This document shows positions 10,712 through 22,808 of a stretch of 64,000 nt of DNA, in pieces (the first letter of the stretch is position 1; every line of letters begins with the position of its first letter). Source of the DNA: Blastocladiella emersonii ATCC 22665 (Eukaryota > Fungi > Blastocladiomycota); the NCBI GenBank assembly GCA_025594325.1, contig JANHCV010000013.1:744001-808000 (forward strand), read 5' to 3'. A program made the translations under genes and the position numbers. Below the pieces are notes generated by a model. It was not told the origin of the DNA. It was given only the letters and a program-made list of their open reading frames with translations, and made no database searches.

Positions 10712-13700
10712 ATGGATTCAGCGTCGCAATTTATGCCGATGCAGACGAGCGCAACCGTTATTTATGGTGACGCTTCCGCCTGCTTCGACCCTTACAGCAA
10801 CTCGCATGCCGCCGACATCTTTCGCTACCACGATGCTAGCCGTTCTGGCCGTGACCTAAGTGCCCTGCTTTGCGGCTTCAACGACTTGCGCTCGGTCGCG
10901 CACACGCTTGGCCAGGCTGGGCTAAAAAAGTCGCGTGCTGCCATGTCGTTCACGCTCAACGACTTGCGCGTCGAATCGATTGCTCGCTCCCTTTTCATCC
11001 TGCATGCGCTCATGTACCCGACGCTGGACCGCCCGACGCTTGACCGCTTCCTCGGCCAAATCTGGGTCGCGGACCTGATCGAAACGGAGGTGCGAGACTT
11101 TTGGTGGACCCAAGCGCGCGCTTGCATCGATCACGACTGGCTCTCGACTACCTCGCGCGTGCGCGTGATGGATGGCGCTACCCTTCAAGCGGTCTGTGAC
11201 TGCTGGGCAAGCTGGCTTGACAAATCCGTAGCCCTTGGGGACCTCGACTGGACGCCCTCGCGCGAGGCCTTGTTTGCTCACGATAACCCTCAAAATAGCT
11301 TATCCACACCTGACGGAAAGTATTGCATCAACATCGTGGTCGAGAAGCGGCGACATGCAACTACTGCACTGTTGCTTGATTGTGCCGACAAATTGAAGCC
11401 GTCAATCGTTGCTCGAGCGGGCTGCGAAGTTCAGCATCTCTTGGACGGCGGCAGGTATCCGTTTGGCACCAGCCCAAGCTCGAGCCGCGCCGGATCGCCG
11501 TCGCCAGCCTCGCTTGAAGGCGATAGCAAGAGTGGGCCCGTCCTAGTTCCGAATCCGTCCTTCCTGGGCATGGGTACTTCTCCCCACTCGATGCTTGGTA
11601 TTCCGCTCACGGGTTTTTTTGTCGACCTGGACGGCGAGCGGATCCAGGACTCGATGTTTAATCAACTACGCGCGTGGCTCCGTGCTCTGTCCGACGCGTT
11701 TGCGCCCGATTCGCCTTCACCTCACACGCTCACTTTCGTTGCTGGAGACGCTGTGCTGGTGATGGAACAGTTTCTTGCTAACACCGCGCTCCGCTTCGAC
11801 GTGATCGATACGTCCACGCTCATCGCCCACTGCGGCGCGCTCAACATCGCTTTACACGGCTCGCACCTGCTCAAGCACAACGACTTGGTCGCGGGCGACT
11901 CGTCCATCCTTTTGCTTCACACAAATGCCCCAGTTGAGACGCAGGTCTCCGACTCGGCCGGGTTCTACAACCTATTTTTCGGCCTCCCGCCACACCTCTT
12001 CCCTGTCCTCTTCGGCGTTGCAATTTACGACGAGGATGGCGGCGAGTTTGGTCACTGGCTGTCGCGTGTTTGGCCGTTTGCGCCTCGTATCAGTGCTCGG
12101 CCACATTCCATCGCCAATCCGAGCCCCTTTGTCAGTATCATACTTTGTAAGCTTCCCGTCCCGGACGTGCCAGTTTCCTTTGATGCATCGGGCGGCTTGG
12201 AGACGGTCAAAATTCATTTGCACGACTTTGAGTGTGGTGAGGACGATGACAAGTACATGTTTGGTACGTCGTCTCTTGTACGCAATCAACCTAACGTTAA
12301 CTGACCTACCGCCTGCTAACCCTTTTAAGGAGGCTTGTTCTCCACCCCTGCTTTTGCGATCAAGGCCATTTCGTATGCCATGGCCAGCCGCCGCCTTGTT
12401 TGGGCTGGAGCAGCCCCGTACACCTCGTTTCCCTTTGACTTAAACGAGCGCCTCAAGCCATTTACCAATTTTTTGCCCCGCGTGGCCGAAGCGCTGCTTG
12501 AGCGAATGCCGCTGATGCTGGCGCACGGAGTCCTTGGATATTTGCCTTCCTCCGTCAAGCACATTTACCGTGCGAGCGCCACATTCGTGCTGATTGAATC
12601 TTGGCGGGACGGCCTTGTTGGATGCTCCATTCGTGTTGGTACCAGACACATAGCCGGGCTTCTTCAGTTCAGTCACTGTATTAACGCGACGTGCGACCAC
12701 GTCTGCAGTACAGTTCGAGTTAGTTGGCTCAGTATGGACTTGCCGTCTCCGGAGCTGAAGCCATCCTTCGCCTTGTACGCTGTCAAAATTTTCAATGCGC
12801 AGCACAGCCTCGAGCCCAACGAGCCCAACGAGCCGTTTCCCATCAGCAACATGCTTTCGTACGATGAGAACGCCGAGCCTTTTGCGGCCACGGCGGTTTC
12901 GTTCTCAGCTATTGATCTGGTTGACACCCAGTGCGGGGTCCAAGGGGCCATTGATTACGCTGCTTCCGCTGCTCAGCCTACGCCTCAACCGCAATGGTGC
13001 TTGCCCGTGCTTGAACTCATTAACGACGGCAAGCACGACTCCAAATCGTTCTACGAGCGCGCCGCCAAGCTTGTGCTCGGCCTTCCGCGCGGTCGCGACA
13101 AGGTTACAGTGAAACCCGTGCCCGACGGCGACCTCGCGCAGTACCGTGGCGCTGTCGCTTTGCTTGTCGACGGCAAGGTCCAGACCTTTCAGCTGCCGTA
13201 CTCTGCTCGCGCGACACGTGTCTCCATTGACCGTCGCAAACGCACGATCACCGTTGAGGTCGACAAAATCGCGGCCGCTGTCGTGCCCTCGCTTGGTCTC
13301 GGCCCGCTGATTCCCCGCTTTGCGCCGCTCGCGAACTGCGTGTCGAAATACTTGCACGGCGCCGCGCTTCACACTCTCAGAAGCATGTTTACGTCCCGCG
13401 AGTGGCCGCGCAACGAAAAGTCTGCCGTCGTTCCTCGTGCGCCACGTGTAGGCAGCGCTGGATTCGGCGCGTGGAACGCGCTCGCGCTCAAGTCGATGGT
13501 CCAGCAGCTCTTTCAGTACGCGGCCAGCCATGAGCGCGCGTGCGTCGTGAAACTCGCGGCGTACGGCCCGCGCGGTACAATTGCCGTGCTCGTTGTCCAT
13601 CGTCGCGTTGTCCTTCCGCCGCATGGCAAGGCGAACGGTATCACGCCCGCGCTCGACGTCAGCTACCTGTTTGTGCCGCCGCCTCCGCTCAAGACCGCGC

Positions 13701-13993
13701 GGCCCGCTTTGCGTGCGAGCGCCGAAAAGGTGCGCAAGCTTGTCGCGGCGGCCGAGGCCGCGCATTGCGTCGCGAACGGACAGCAGGTGCCCGCTGTCTG
13801 GTGCGTTGCCGAGAGCGCGGACGCGATCGGCGAGTACCTGGACTATTGCCATGCGGCCGCGCCCGTCCGCTCGCTGTCCAACGTTCCGGGCACCGACTCG
13901 GGCGTGCGTGCAGCCTTTGACTGCCTCAAATCGGAGCTCAAGCGCGCCCTCCTGATGCCGCTGTATCCCACGTACCCCTCTACCACCGTGTAG
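10712..13993 (+). CDS. DUF4470-domain protein paralogue 3, intact (~1071 aa)
   Basis: Exons 10712-12263 and 12330-13993 splice in frame (GTACGT..GCTAAC..TAAG). DUF4470 motifs present. No terminal MYND finger. Confidence 0.85.
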
Positions 13994-14341
13994 CTCGCAG
14001 ATGATTATGTTTGCTTTTGATAATACACGCTCCCTAGTTGATTTAAGTTGATCGCCCGGGACGGCCTTTCTTCCTGCGTTTGTGGCGGAAGTCTAAGATC
14101 CGATCCGCTGACATTGAACTTCAGCTTGGTGCCGGGTAAGCCTTTTTCGTTTCAAGTGAATTGCGCGGGCGCGACGCTAGGCAACGTGAGACGCGTCGGG
14201 AAATCATGTGAGCGCTCACGCGACGTTTTTCGCAGCGGCTGGCAAAGAAACTTTGCGCCGCCCGTCCAGGCAGCTCAACCTGCGCCACCCTTAGACACTG
14301 ATGCTAAACTCATGAAATAACTTGACGCATAACTTGACGCA

Positions 14342-17300
14342 ATGGATCCAGCGGCCGAATTTATGCCGACACAGACGAGCGCGTCGGTTCTATACGCCGA
14401 CCCGGCCGAACACTTTGATCCGTTCAGCGACTCGCACGCCTCCGACGTCTTCCTCTACCACGATGCCAGTGATCCCGATCGCAGTCTCTCTGCGCTCTTG
14501 TGCGGCTTCCATGATCTGCGCTCTGTCGGCTTCACCATTCGTGTGGCGTCGCGCAAACACAGAGCAGGTGGCGCTCGCATGAACTTTGTCCTCAACGACG
14601 CGCGCCCCGAGGCGATTGCTCGCTCGCTCCTTATCTTGCACGTCATTGCGACCACTGCAGCCGACGGCGAGACTGCCAAACGTTACATTTCCCAGCTTTG
14701 GATTTCCGAGTTCCTCGAGCCCGAGTCGATTGCGTTCTGGGAGGCCGCCATGCTTGCCTGTATCGATATTGACTGGCGCTCGAAAGATCGACGCATTCGT
14801 GTTTTGGACGACGCCACCCTTCACGCCGTGCGCAAGTGCTGGAAGCGCTGGCTGGCCGAACTCTCGCTGGATCGGGCGCATTGGGACGCGTCGCGGAAGG
14901 CGCTGCACGATTCTCCTGCTCATGTGCACCGCCGATTCGCGGATGTGAAGCGGCTTGTCAAGCTGAATCCCGATGGGCCACGCGTTGCAGATGTTTGTGA
15001 ACAGCTTTCGTTCTCGGCCGCGGTTTTGGGTCATCCCAACAAGCTCAAACCGTCAGCCTCAGCTCGCGCACGTTCCGAGGTGCAGTATCTCGCCGGCGGC
15101 GGGCATTACTTCAAAGAGTCAAGCCTTCCTTCTTCGGGCCGCTCCAACTCTCCGCCCAACGACTCGGCCGACGGTGGTCAAGCGGGTTTCGCCGTTTGCC
15201 ATCAATCCGACCATGGCGAGCGCTCGGACTCGGGCTGCTTGCGTTCTTGGTGCGCCGTGCGCTGGTTTCTTCATCGACATCTGCAGTAAGCGTGTCGAGC
15301 CGTCTATGCGTATTCAACTCCATTCTTGGATCAACTGGCTCTGGTGGGAGTTTGGGCCCGTTTTGGATGGTAAAAATGCGGGCGTGGTCATGAACCCAGT
15401 CGTGGACGCATCTGTCGACAAGGTCAAGGACGCGGACGCGGACTTCCCGAACCCGCCCGTGACTTCAAGACGTCAGCGGCACGAGATAACCTTTGCACTC
15501 GGCGATGCCGTCCTTGTCATGGAGCGCCTTCTTGCCGACCCACAACAGCGCTTTGATGTAATCGACACTTCTACTCTCATGGACCGCTGCGGCCCGCTCA
15601 ATCTCGTTCTTCACGGCGCGCACCTGCTCAAGCACAGCAGTCCTATTTCGACTGACAAGTCGCTTATGCGCTTGTGCTCGAATCGGACGATGGCTCGCTA
15701 CGCGCGCCCGATCGAGTACTTTCAAGAGCACCACGCGCTCCCTCCCCATGCTTTCTCGACGCTCTTTGGCGTCGCGCTTTACGAGCAGCAGGACGCGGAG
15801 AGCGATCATTGGTTTGCTCACGTTCGACCGTTTGCGCCCAACAACGGTGGGTCTTTGGGTATCGCGCCTTACCGCAGCGTCACTTTCGTGAAGCTCAAGC
15901 CACCCGAGGTGCCAATTTCCATTGCCGAATCGGACCAGCTGCTCTCTATTCTCAAGTTTATCTCGAGCTCGGCGGGTCGCAGCGACGAGGTAAAGTACGC
16001 GCTAGGTACGCACGTTCACTTCTTTTGCGAGCTAAACGGTGTTACCTCGCCACGCTACAAACGGGAACTAATTCGTACGTTTCTGTAGGCGGCTCGTTTC
16101 CGACGCCCGCGTTTGGCGTCAAGGCGATCGCGTACGCCATGGCCTCGCACCGTCTTGTGTGGACGGGTTCTGCGCCGTACACCACTCCTCCGTTCCCTCT
16201 CTGTCCGCCGATTAAGGGCTGGTCCAGCTACCTCTTCGATGCGAGCGACTCCGCGGGCCAGGAGCGCTCGCTGCTTGTCAAGCTTCACGGCCTCGGCCAG
16301 CTTGATGGCGTGCTTACCCGCGATCCCATGGTCGCGCGCGCCACGGCTTTGTTCGCGCTCCACGACTTGCCCGCTGACTTGAGCTCGTGCTGCGTTCGAG
16401 TTGCTGCAAATCTGGATCCCTCGTCCGACGCCGTCACTTTCTACGAGAGCTTGAATCTCTCCCACGACGTGGCCAGCGGCACAGTCAACGTCTTGTGGTA
16501 CTTTGATCCCAAGGCCGTCAAGGCTTTTCCCAAAGCTTGCTACGCGCTCTTTGCGATCCCTGCACTTGGCCAGGCCCGCGACTATGCCAATTCTGAGCCC
16601 GCTTGTATTACTGACTGGCTTCCGCTTGCCAGGGACGACACGCCGTCCTCGATTCACGCGGTTCGCACTTGCCTTGTCCCTCTGAGCTTTGCGCAGGGCG
16701 CGCTGCGCGGTGTCATGGATTACACGCGTTCTGCTCCTGGATATGCGTGCCGCCCGGCGTGGCACCTGTCTGCCGCTCAACTCACCGATCGAGGAGGCGA
16801 CACGACTGAGCTTGTACTCACCATTCCGCGTCGCGGCGACCGCGTCACGGTGAATCCCATTCCTGCTTGCGATCTCGCTCAGCACCGGGGCGCCGTCGCA
16901 GTGCTAGCTGACGGCAAGGTCATGACGCTTCGCTTGCCTTACTCGGCGCGCGCGACCAGCGTCGACATCAACCGCAAGAAGCGGATCGTGACCGTTACCG
17001 TCCGCAAAGTCTCACATGCGGTTGCGCCTGCGCTTGGGCTCGGTCCGCTGATCCCGCGTCTCGCAGGAATTCCTGGATTCCCTGCGGAAAACGGGCCAAC
17101 TGCGCCCGTATTTATGCATCAAGTCGCGCTTGCGACGCTCGCAGACATGTACGGCGGAGCTCGCGATCAATCGGCGATCGCGCCCTTGTCGGCAGCGCTT
17201 GCGCCAGCTGCCGCTTCTGCAGCATCGAGCGCGCGTGCTCTCAGAAACCTGATCGAGCGACTGCTTTCTATTGGCAGCACGACCGGCGGCACTTGGACCA

Positions 17301-17755
17301 TGAAATTGACGGGTCGCAGCACGCGCGGCGTGATTGCCATCTTGTTCATCAACCACCCCGTCGTGATCGCGCCGCAGGGCAAATCCAACTGGGTTACGCC
17401 GGCGCTTGATATCAGCTTCTTGTACGTGCCGCCGCCCCCGCAAAGGCTTGCATCGGCGACCGAGCGCCTCCAGGCGACTAAGTGGCGGCGTATTGCTGGA
17501 CGGGCGGAGGACGAATACGCCAAGCATTGCACGGACCCGTACCCAACCATGGTATGGGAGGGCGATAGCGACGCGCTTGCCGAGTACCTCGAGTTCTGTC
17601 GCGCGGCCATGGTCGACCGTACGGTGCCCCCCGCGATCATGTCGTTTGGTGACGAGAAGAAGGTGACCCCCAAGGCGACTAGCGTCGTGTCAGCGCGGTT
17701 GGTGCTTGAAGGTCGGCTTCAGCATGCCGTGCTGCTTCCCCTGTTTCCCAACTAG
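14342..17755 (+). pseudogene. DUF4470-domain protein paralogue 4, apparent +1 frameshift near 15196
   Basis: Homology to copy 3 switches frame at GCCGTTTGCCATCAATCCG (one extra T restores AVAINP). Conserved intron 16006-16088. Could be an intact gene with a sequencing error. Confidence 0.7.
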
Positions 17756-19101
17756 GGCGCGAAATCCTCGCGCCTTGTATTTCTCCCATCACCTGTATTG
17801 TTCCGATCACTCAATTGTTTGTTTTCCTCTGAATTCCGTTGTTAAGAGCGCGCTTAGCGTCCTGTCGATTAAATCAGTCAGAACACTGAGACGTGGAACC
17901 CAATCATTTCTTTGTATACTCGCCGCCTCCGCCGCGACCATGGCCAATATGGCCGCCGTCCTACCTAAACTGCCCCTTAACCTAAGGTGCCTGGTTTTTG
18001 CCACGACGTCGCGCAGGGATGTTCTGGAAGTACTCACCTGCGCCTGAAAGGCTCTGACCCGCGGCGCGAGTACCCAGTACCTAGCCCTTTCCAAACCAGG
18101 AGCGACGGTTGGCACGCGGAATAAAGTAGCAACACGGGGATATTACTCCCAGTGAGCAGGGCCGGACGAGACAGCAGCAACGGCAATGAGGAATCACCCT
18201 CGGCCGTCGCTGCCGTCTCGCCCAACCCTCGGCTTGCTCGCAATGCGGCCGAGTACGCGCAACGCCCACGCTAGCTCTTACCTCCACGAACCACAGCGAC
18301 TCGACGGCGACGGCGAATCTTCATTGGACTCCACATGACGCGTCCTCAGAGTCGTGCCGTCAATGGCATGGTCCGGGAGCGGCGTTCTGGCAGCGAGCGC
18401 GCGCACACTCTTTCCCGTACACTCGACGCGCCCGAGGTTCCACGCTAGCGCCTCGCCGCTCGTCACTGCGCGGGCCGCCGTGCGATGCAGAGGTGGGGGG
18501 AATACATGTTGTGAGCCCTTGCGGGTTGTCACGCCGTCATCCCGCGAGATCCACATGATCGGGAGGTCTGGGCCCGCAACGAGGCGGCGGGTTGGCTATG
18601 GGCAGCGGAGCTCGGGCGCGAGGAGAGCGCGGTGCGCGTGTTACATTGCATGGAAGTCGGTGAGTGCTGAGCGGTTTTTGGGGGCCGGCGGTCCGCTGAA
18701 TTTGTACAGGGTTGAGCGGGTTCGGTTGTGGGTTGTTCCCGGTCTGATCGCAGGGCAAAACGAACGGTGGCATGCTTGAGTGGGAGAAAACTCAAGGGAG
18801 ACGCGTCGTGGCGCGTGGCTCGAAACGCGAATGACAGCCAAGGGCGAGCTTGCCTTGATTGGCTACGCCGATCGGGTAGAATGAGATTTTTCTTTGCCGT
18901 TAATTTAAGTTGAACAAGTCAAATCGCGTGTAGACGGTTCGTGTGCTCGGCACATGCCGAGTTGGAGACAGTGAGAGACGCGTCGCTCAATCAGGTGACG
19001 CGTTTCAGGTCGCCCGCGCTCCGCCTCCCCGTTCGGCGCCGACCTAGGCTCCCACCAACAGCCACCCACCCACACTCAACGCAACGTAAACTCCATGCAA
19101 C

Positions 19102-19470
19102 ATGTTCGAGGGGATCCACGTTCCCAAAGTGCTCGAACGGATTCTTGTTTATGCGATCGAGTTTGACGACTCGGCCGACACGGACCAGTTTTTGCAGTAT
19201 GCGCGCGTCTTGCCGCGCACCCTGGCTCCGCGCATCGAGAATGCGCTTTTGACTCATGCTCGGAGTGTCTCGCTTGACAGCGCCACCGCGCGCGGCAACG
19301 TGGCCGTGCTCAACAAGCGGAAGGCACTCGACATCCCACTTCGCTGCTCGCGCGACGCTTTTCGCTCCGCTATCGACGCACTTAACCCTGAAATCCTCGA
19401 GTGGTGGCGCAATAACGACTCGCTTTGCGCCCAAGCGTTGAAGCCGTTGCTCGACGCGCGAATATTGGAA
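19102..19470 (+). pseudogene. truncated F-box-like/ankyrin-like gene, cut by the TOR fragment
   Basis: VPKVLERILVYA N-terminus, then SLDSATARGNVAVL and [13 protein letters not shown] repeats. Sequence changes abruptly to antisense TOR at ~19470. Confidence 0.55.
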
Positions 19471-20305
19471 GGTTCTCAAGACTCGTGGCCTGGACGACCA
19501 GCTTGTCGACCTGCAACGGGACGTCGAGCACCTGGTTCGGTTTGAAGTCGCGTCCGGTGAGCTTGTTGGACACGCGGTGCACGACCTGCACCGCGCGCGT
19601 GTTGAGCGCCTCGGGCTTGTACTGCGCCGACTGGTCGTCCTCGGCTATAGTGGCGAATTGTGAGTGAACGAGCGGGGTCGCGGGCGAAGCGAGATCAGAA
19701 GGAACGTACGCTGGATCAGCTCGGACTCGTTGGCCTGGTTGCGCTTGCCGCTGAACGCGGCCGACTTGCCGTTGTCGAGCAGGTCCGCGTTCTTCTGCTT
19801 CTTGTCTACATGCATACAAACGAGTCAGTGAGCTGGTGCGTTCCGACGACGACCCGCAAGAAAAGCGTACCCGCGCGCGGACTCGGGTTCGTCATGAGTC
19901 GCCAGTTGATGAGCGGGTCGTAGACGAACGCCTTGAGGACGGCCATGAGACTGTCCTTGTTCTCGCGGAGGACGCGCATGACGTGCTCGGACGTGATGCG
20001 GAACGAGCCCTCGATGCCCGACACCTCCATGGCGTTGATGAGCATGCGGGTGAGGCGGAACGGGATCTTCTCGGGGAACTTGTCGCGCAGCATGGCGACC
20101 TCGAAGCAATCCCCAAAGTCGATGTGCACGACCTTGCCCGAGAAGCGGTCGAGCATGAGGTTCGACGGGTGGCGGTCGCCGAGCCCGAGGACGTAGCCGA
20201 CCATGGACATGACGGCGAGCGAGCGCGTGTAGTTGGTGCGTCGGTCGAGCCAGGCCTCCGAGTTCTTGGACTTGAGCCACAGCACCTTGTACAGGTCCTG
20301 GCCCG
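19470..20305 (-). pseudogene. TOR: displaced genomic fragment of a TOR gene (kinase C-lobe to incomplete FATC)
   Basis: [12 protein letters not shown]...[15 protein letters not shown]...[12 protein letters not shown]...PFRLTRML...[10 protein letters not shown] and [15 protein letters not shown]. Retains two spliceable introns (19870-19806, 19709-19645). Lacks the N-lobe and the last FATC residues. Confidence 0.9.
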
Positions 20306-20388
20306 AGCTTATGAATTTATTTTTGACACGCTCGTGGGGACAAACGCGACACAGCCGCCTCTCGCGGGCGGGCGCGAGGGACGCGATC

Positions 20389-20417
20389 GGGCTGCGCCAC
20401 ACCACGTGCCGTGGCGT
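20389..20417. promoter_or_regulatory. 29-bp palindromic E-box element (copy 2)
   Basis: Exact match to 5186-5214. Lies between the TOR fragment and ankyrin gene 2. Confidence 0.55.
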
Positions 20418-20526
20418 ATGGGCGCTCCGGACCGTCCAAGGGTGCACAGCAGCTGACGGCCGAGTTGCGGCCTCGCTCTCTGCTTGCCATGAAACGCCTG
20501 ATGTAACGCAAACGGAAGCACATGCA

Positions 20527-21613
20527 ATGAGCTGGTATCACCCTAAGTATCACATTGTCTTGGGCGGCGTCGAGCCGCCTTACGACCCGTCCACCAAACC
20601 GCGCTGGCTCCTTGAAGACCTGGTTTGTCACGTCGCCTTAGCCCGCTCGTCCGTACATCCACTCACACCGGACCGCAAACTAGGCTCACCAAGACCACGT
20701 CCGAGTTCTTGAGCTTGAGGCGGAGAACGAGATGTTGCGTGTACAACTCCAGCAGCTATGCGAGGAGAACCGAGGTGTGTGGGCCATCCACGACGAGGAC
20801 ATGGCGCGCGCGGAGAAGCTCAAGGACGAGAGCGGCATGCTGCGCGCTAAGCTGCTCAGCGTCAAGGCCGTCCCACCGCCGCCGCCCCCTCCGCCGCCGG
20901 TGCCTAGAATGTCCATTGATCGGGCCGCGGCCGAGGGAAACCTCGACGTGCTGCGCGCGTGGCGCGACACCTCGGGCCCGCTCAAGTACTCGGTGAACGC
21001 GCTTGACAAGGCGTCCATCAACGGGCACATCCACGTGCTCAAGTGGTGGCATTCGCAGCGCGACTCGCGGCTGCAGCTCCTGTACTCAGAGCGCGCTGTA
21101 GACAGCGCCTCAGCGCGCGGCGACACCGCCATACTGTTGTGGTGGAAGTCTCGGTGCGGAGACAGCATGTATTGCACAAACGATGCGCTCAACTTTGCCA
21201 TCATGAATGGGCACATCAAGACGGTCAAGTGGTGGGAGCATTCAAGCGGCAGGACCCAGTGGCCTTCGCTGCGGGCGCTTGAGGAGGCGACTCGCTGCAA
21301 TGACACGGCCATGCTTGCCCTGCTGAGCAAGATTTACGACCTCAGCGACCTCGACCTCGTGCCCCGGAACCCCATTGTGCTCGCGAGGAAGAACAACGCC
21401 CGTGACGCTGCAGAATGGTGGCTCGAGTACCCAGGCGTGTTCGTTGCTGAGAACGCGCTCCACGCCCTCTCACTCCTCGGAGATACCGCCATGGTGTACG
21501 ACCTCGTCCAGAAGTTTGGCACCGACACCTTTGACATGGAGCTCGTCTCGCACAACCTCCACCAGTACGACAAGGAGACTGAGGACTGGTGGCGCGATAC
21601 TGACTGGCTCTGA
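20527..21613 (+). CDS. coiled-coil + Pro-rich + ankyrin-like repeat protein (paralogue 2, ~341 aa)
   Basis: Exons 20527-20622 and 20684-21613 splice in frame. Colinear with paralogue 1. Confidence 0.8.
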
Positions 21614-22641
21614 ACCTCCTGCACCTGATAGTTGTGGCTCGCGTTGCTCCTTGGAGCCGAAGTGAATATACACTCCCGCTCTTTGCGACTACCGCCATAT
21701 CGCATGACCTTTCTAGGCTTGCCGCTCTTGCAGCCTCGCTTGCCGCTGGTGCAGCGAGGCAGGTCGCGAGTGTCGCGGGTTGCGTTCATCAGCGCGCGGC
21801 GCACACGCCAAGTCGGAATGATCATCCCGCATTTGCACCGCGGGCCGCGGCCGCAGGTGCATAAATCTATCGCATCGGGCCCGCGCGAAGGCACACGATG
21901 ACCGTGGTGCTGCTGCTGGCCGTGGTGGTCGCAGCGGTAGCGAGAGCGCCAGTTCGGTGTGCGACGCGCAGGTACCACAGCACGGCCGCCAGCAACAGCA
22001 TGCGCGAGCATGCTGCACACCGGCGGGCGGCGGTGGCTACGCCGAAATTGGCGGTGCGTCAAAGCTACCACCGCTTGCGCGTCTTAGGAGCGAGTTCGGG
22101 AACCTCTATACGCACCAGCGGCTCTGCACATTGACGTCGTCCTTGAATACGACGCGCGACATGAGCCAGCGCAGCGATAAGGACCACAAGGGCTGCCCAA
22201 CGAGCTGCGCCGCACCCCGTATTGACGACTTGCTGCTCGTGCGCGTGAACAAAGATGACGACGCGCCGAGGCGAGAGGCGATCTGGTCGATGGCCGACGC
22301 GCAGGCTCTCGCGCAACAGCAGGAAGCTGCGGCCACCGCGAGCGCATCTTGCCGTGTGCTGTTCTGCACCCGCGGCGTGATGCGCGCGAACGGTCGTAGA
22401 TTGCGAGCGATGCTTCCGCTCAGCCCACGGCGTATGCGATCGCGGTCGCGTCAGCGGCCTGAAGCACTAAATGACTCTCATTTCGGTCTTACGCCTTGCG
22501 CCTTGCGCCGTGCGGACCGCCAGAGCATCTGCTTCATTCACATTCCTGTGTGCAGTCAATTTATATCAAAGTGCAGGCGCTCCTTGGCGAACTGCGTCGC
22601 GCGGCCGTCTTGACGTTGGTTTGTCTGGCGATGAACGCGAA

Positions 22642-22808
22642 GTTGCCGCCGTGCGCGAACCACCTCGGGTGCAGCGCGTGCGGGCCCAGCCGCGGCAGCA
22701 AGAGGTCCGCGGCCGGCACGAGCGCCGCAACGCTCGTCATGCTGCTCCGCGTCCACGACGCGATGCGGCGCAACACGCGCGAACATCCGCGGAACACGCT
22801 AGCGACGA
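22642..22808 (+). repeat. diverged direct repeat, copy 1 (copy 2 at 25161-25345)
   Basis: Shared blocks GTTGCCGCC..CGCGAACC.CCTCGGGTGCAGC, GAGGTCCGCGGC, GCAACGCTCGTC.TGC.GCTCCGCGTC, GGAACACGC.AGCGACG. Confidence 0.7.

Noticed and set aside
19460-20385. Helitron or TSD signature around the TOR fragment
   Set aside because: No duplicated target site. The small hairpin at ~20360-20380 lacks a correctly placed CTRR end.
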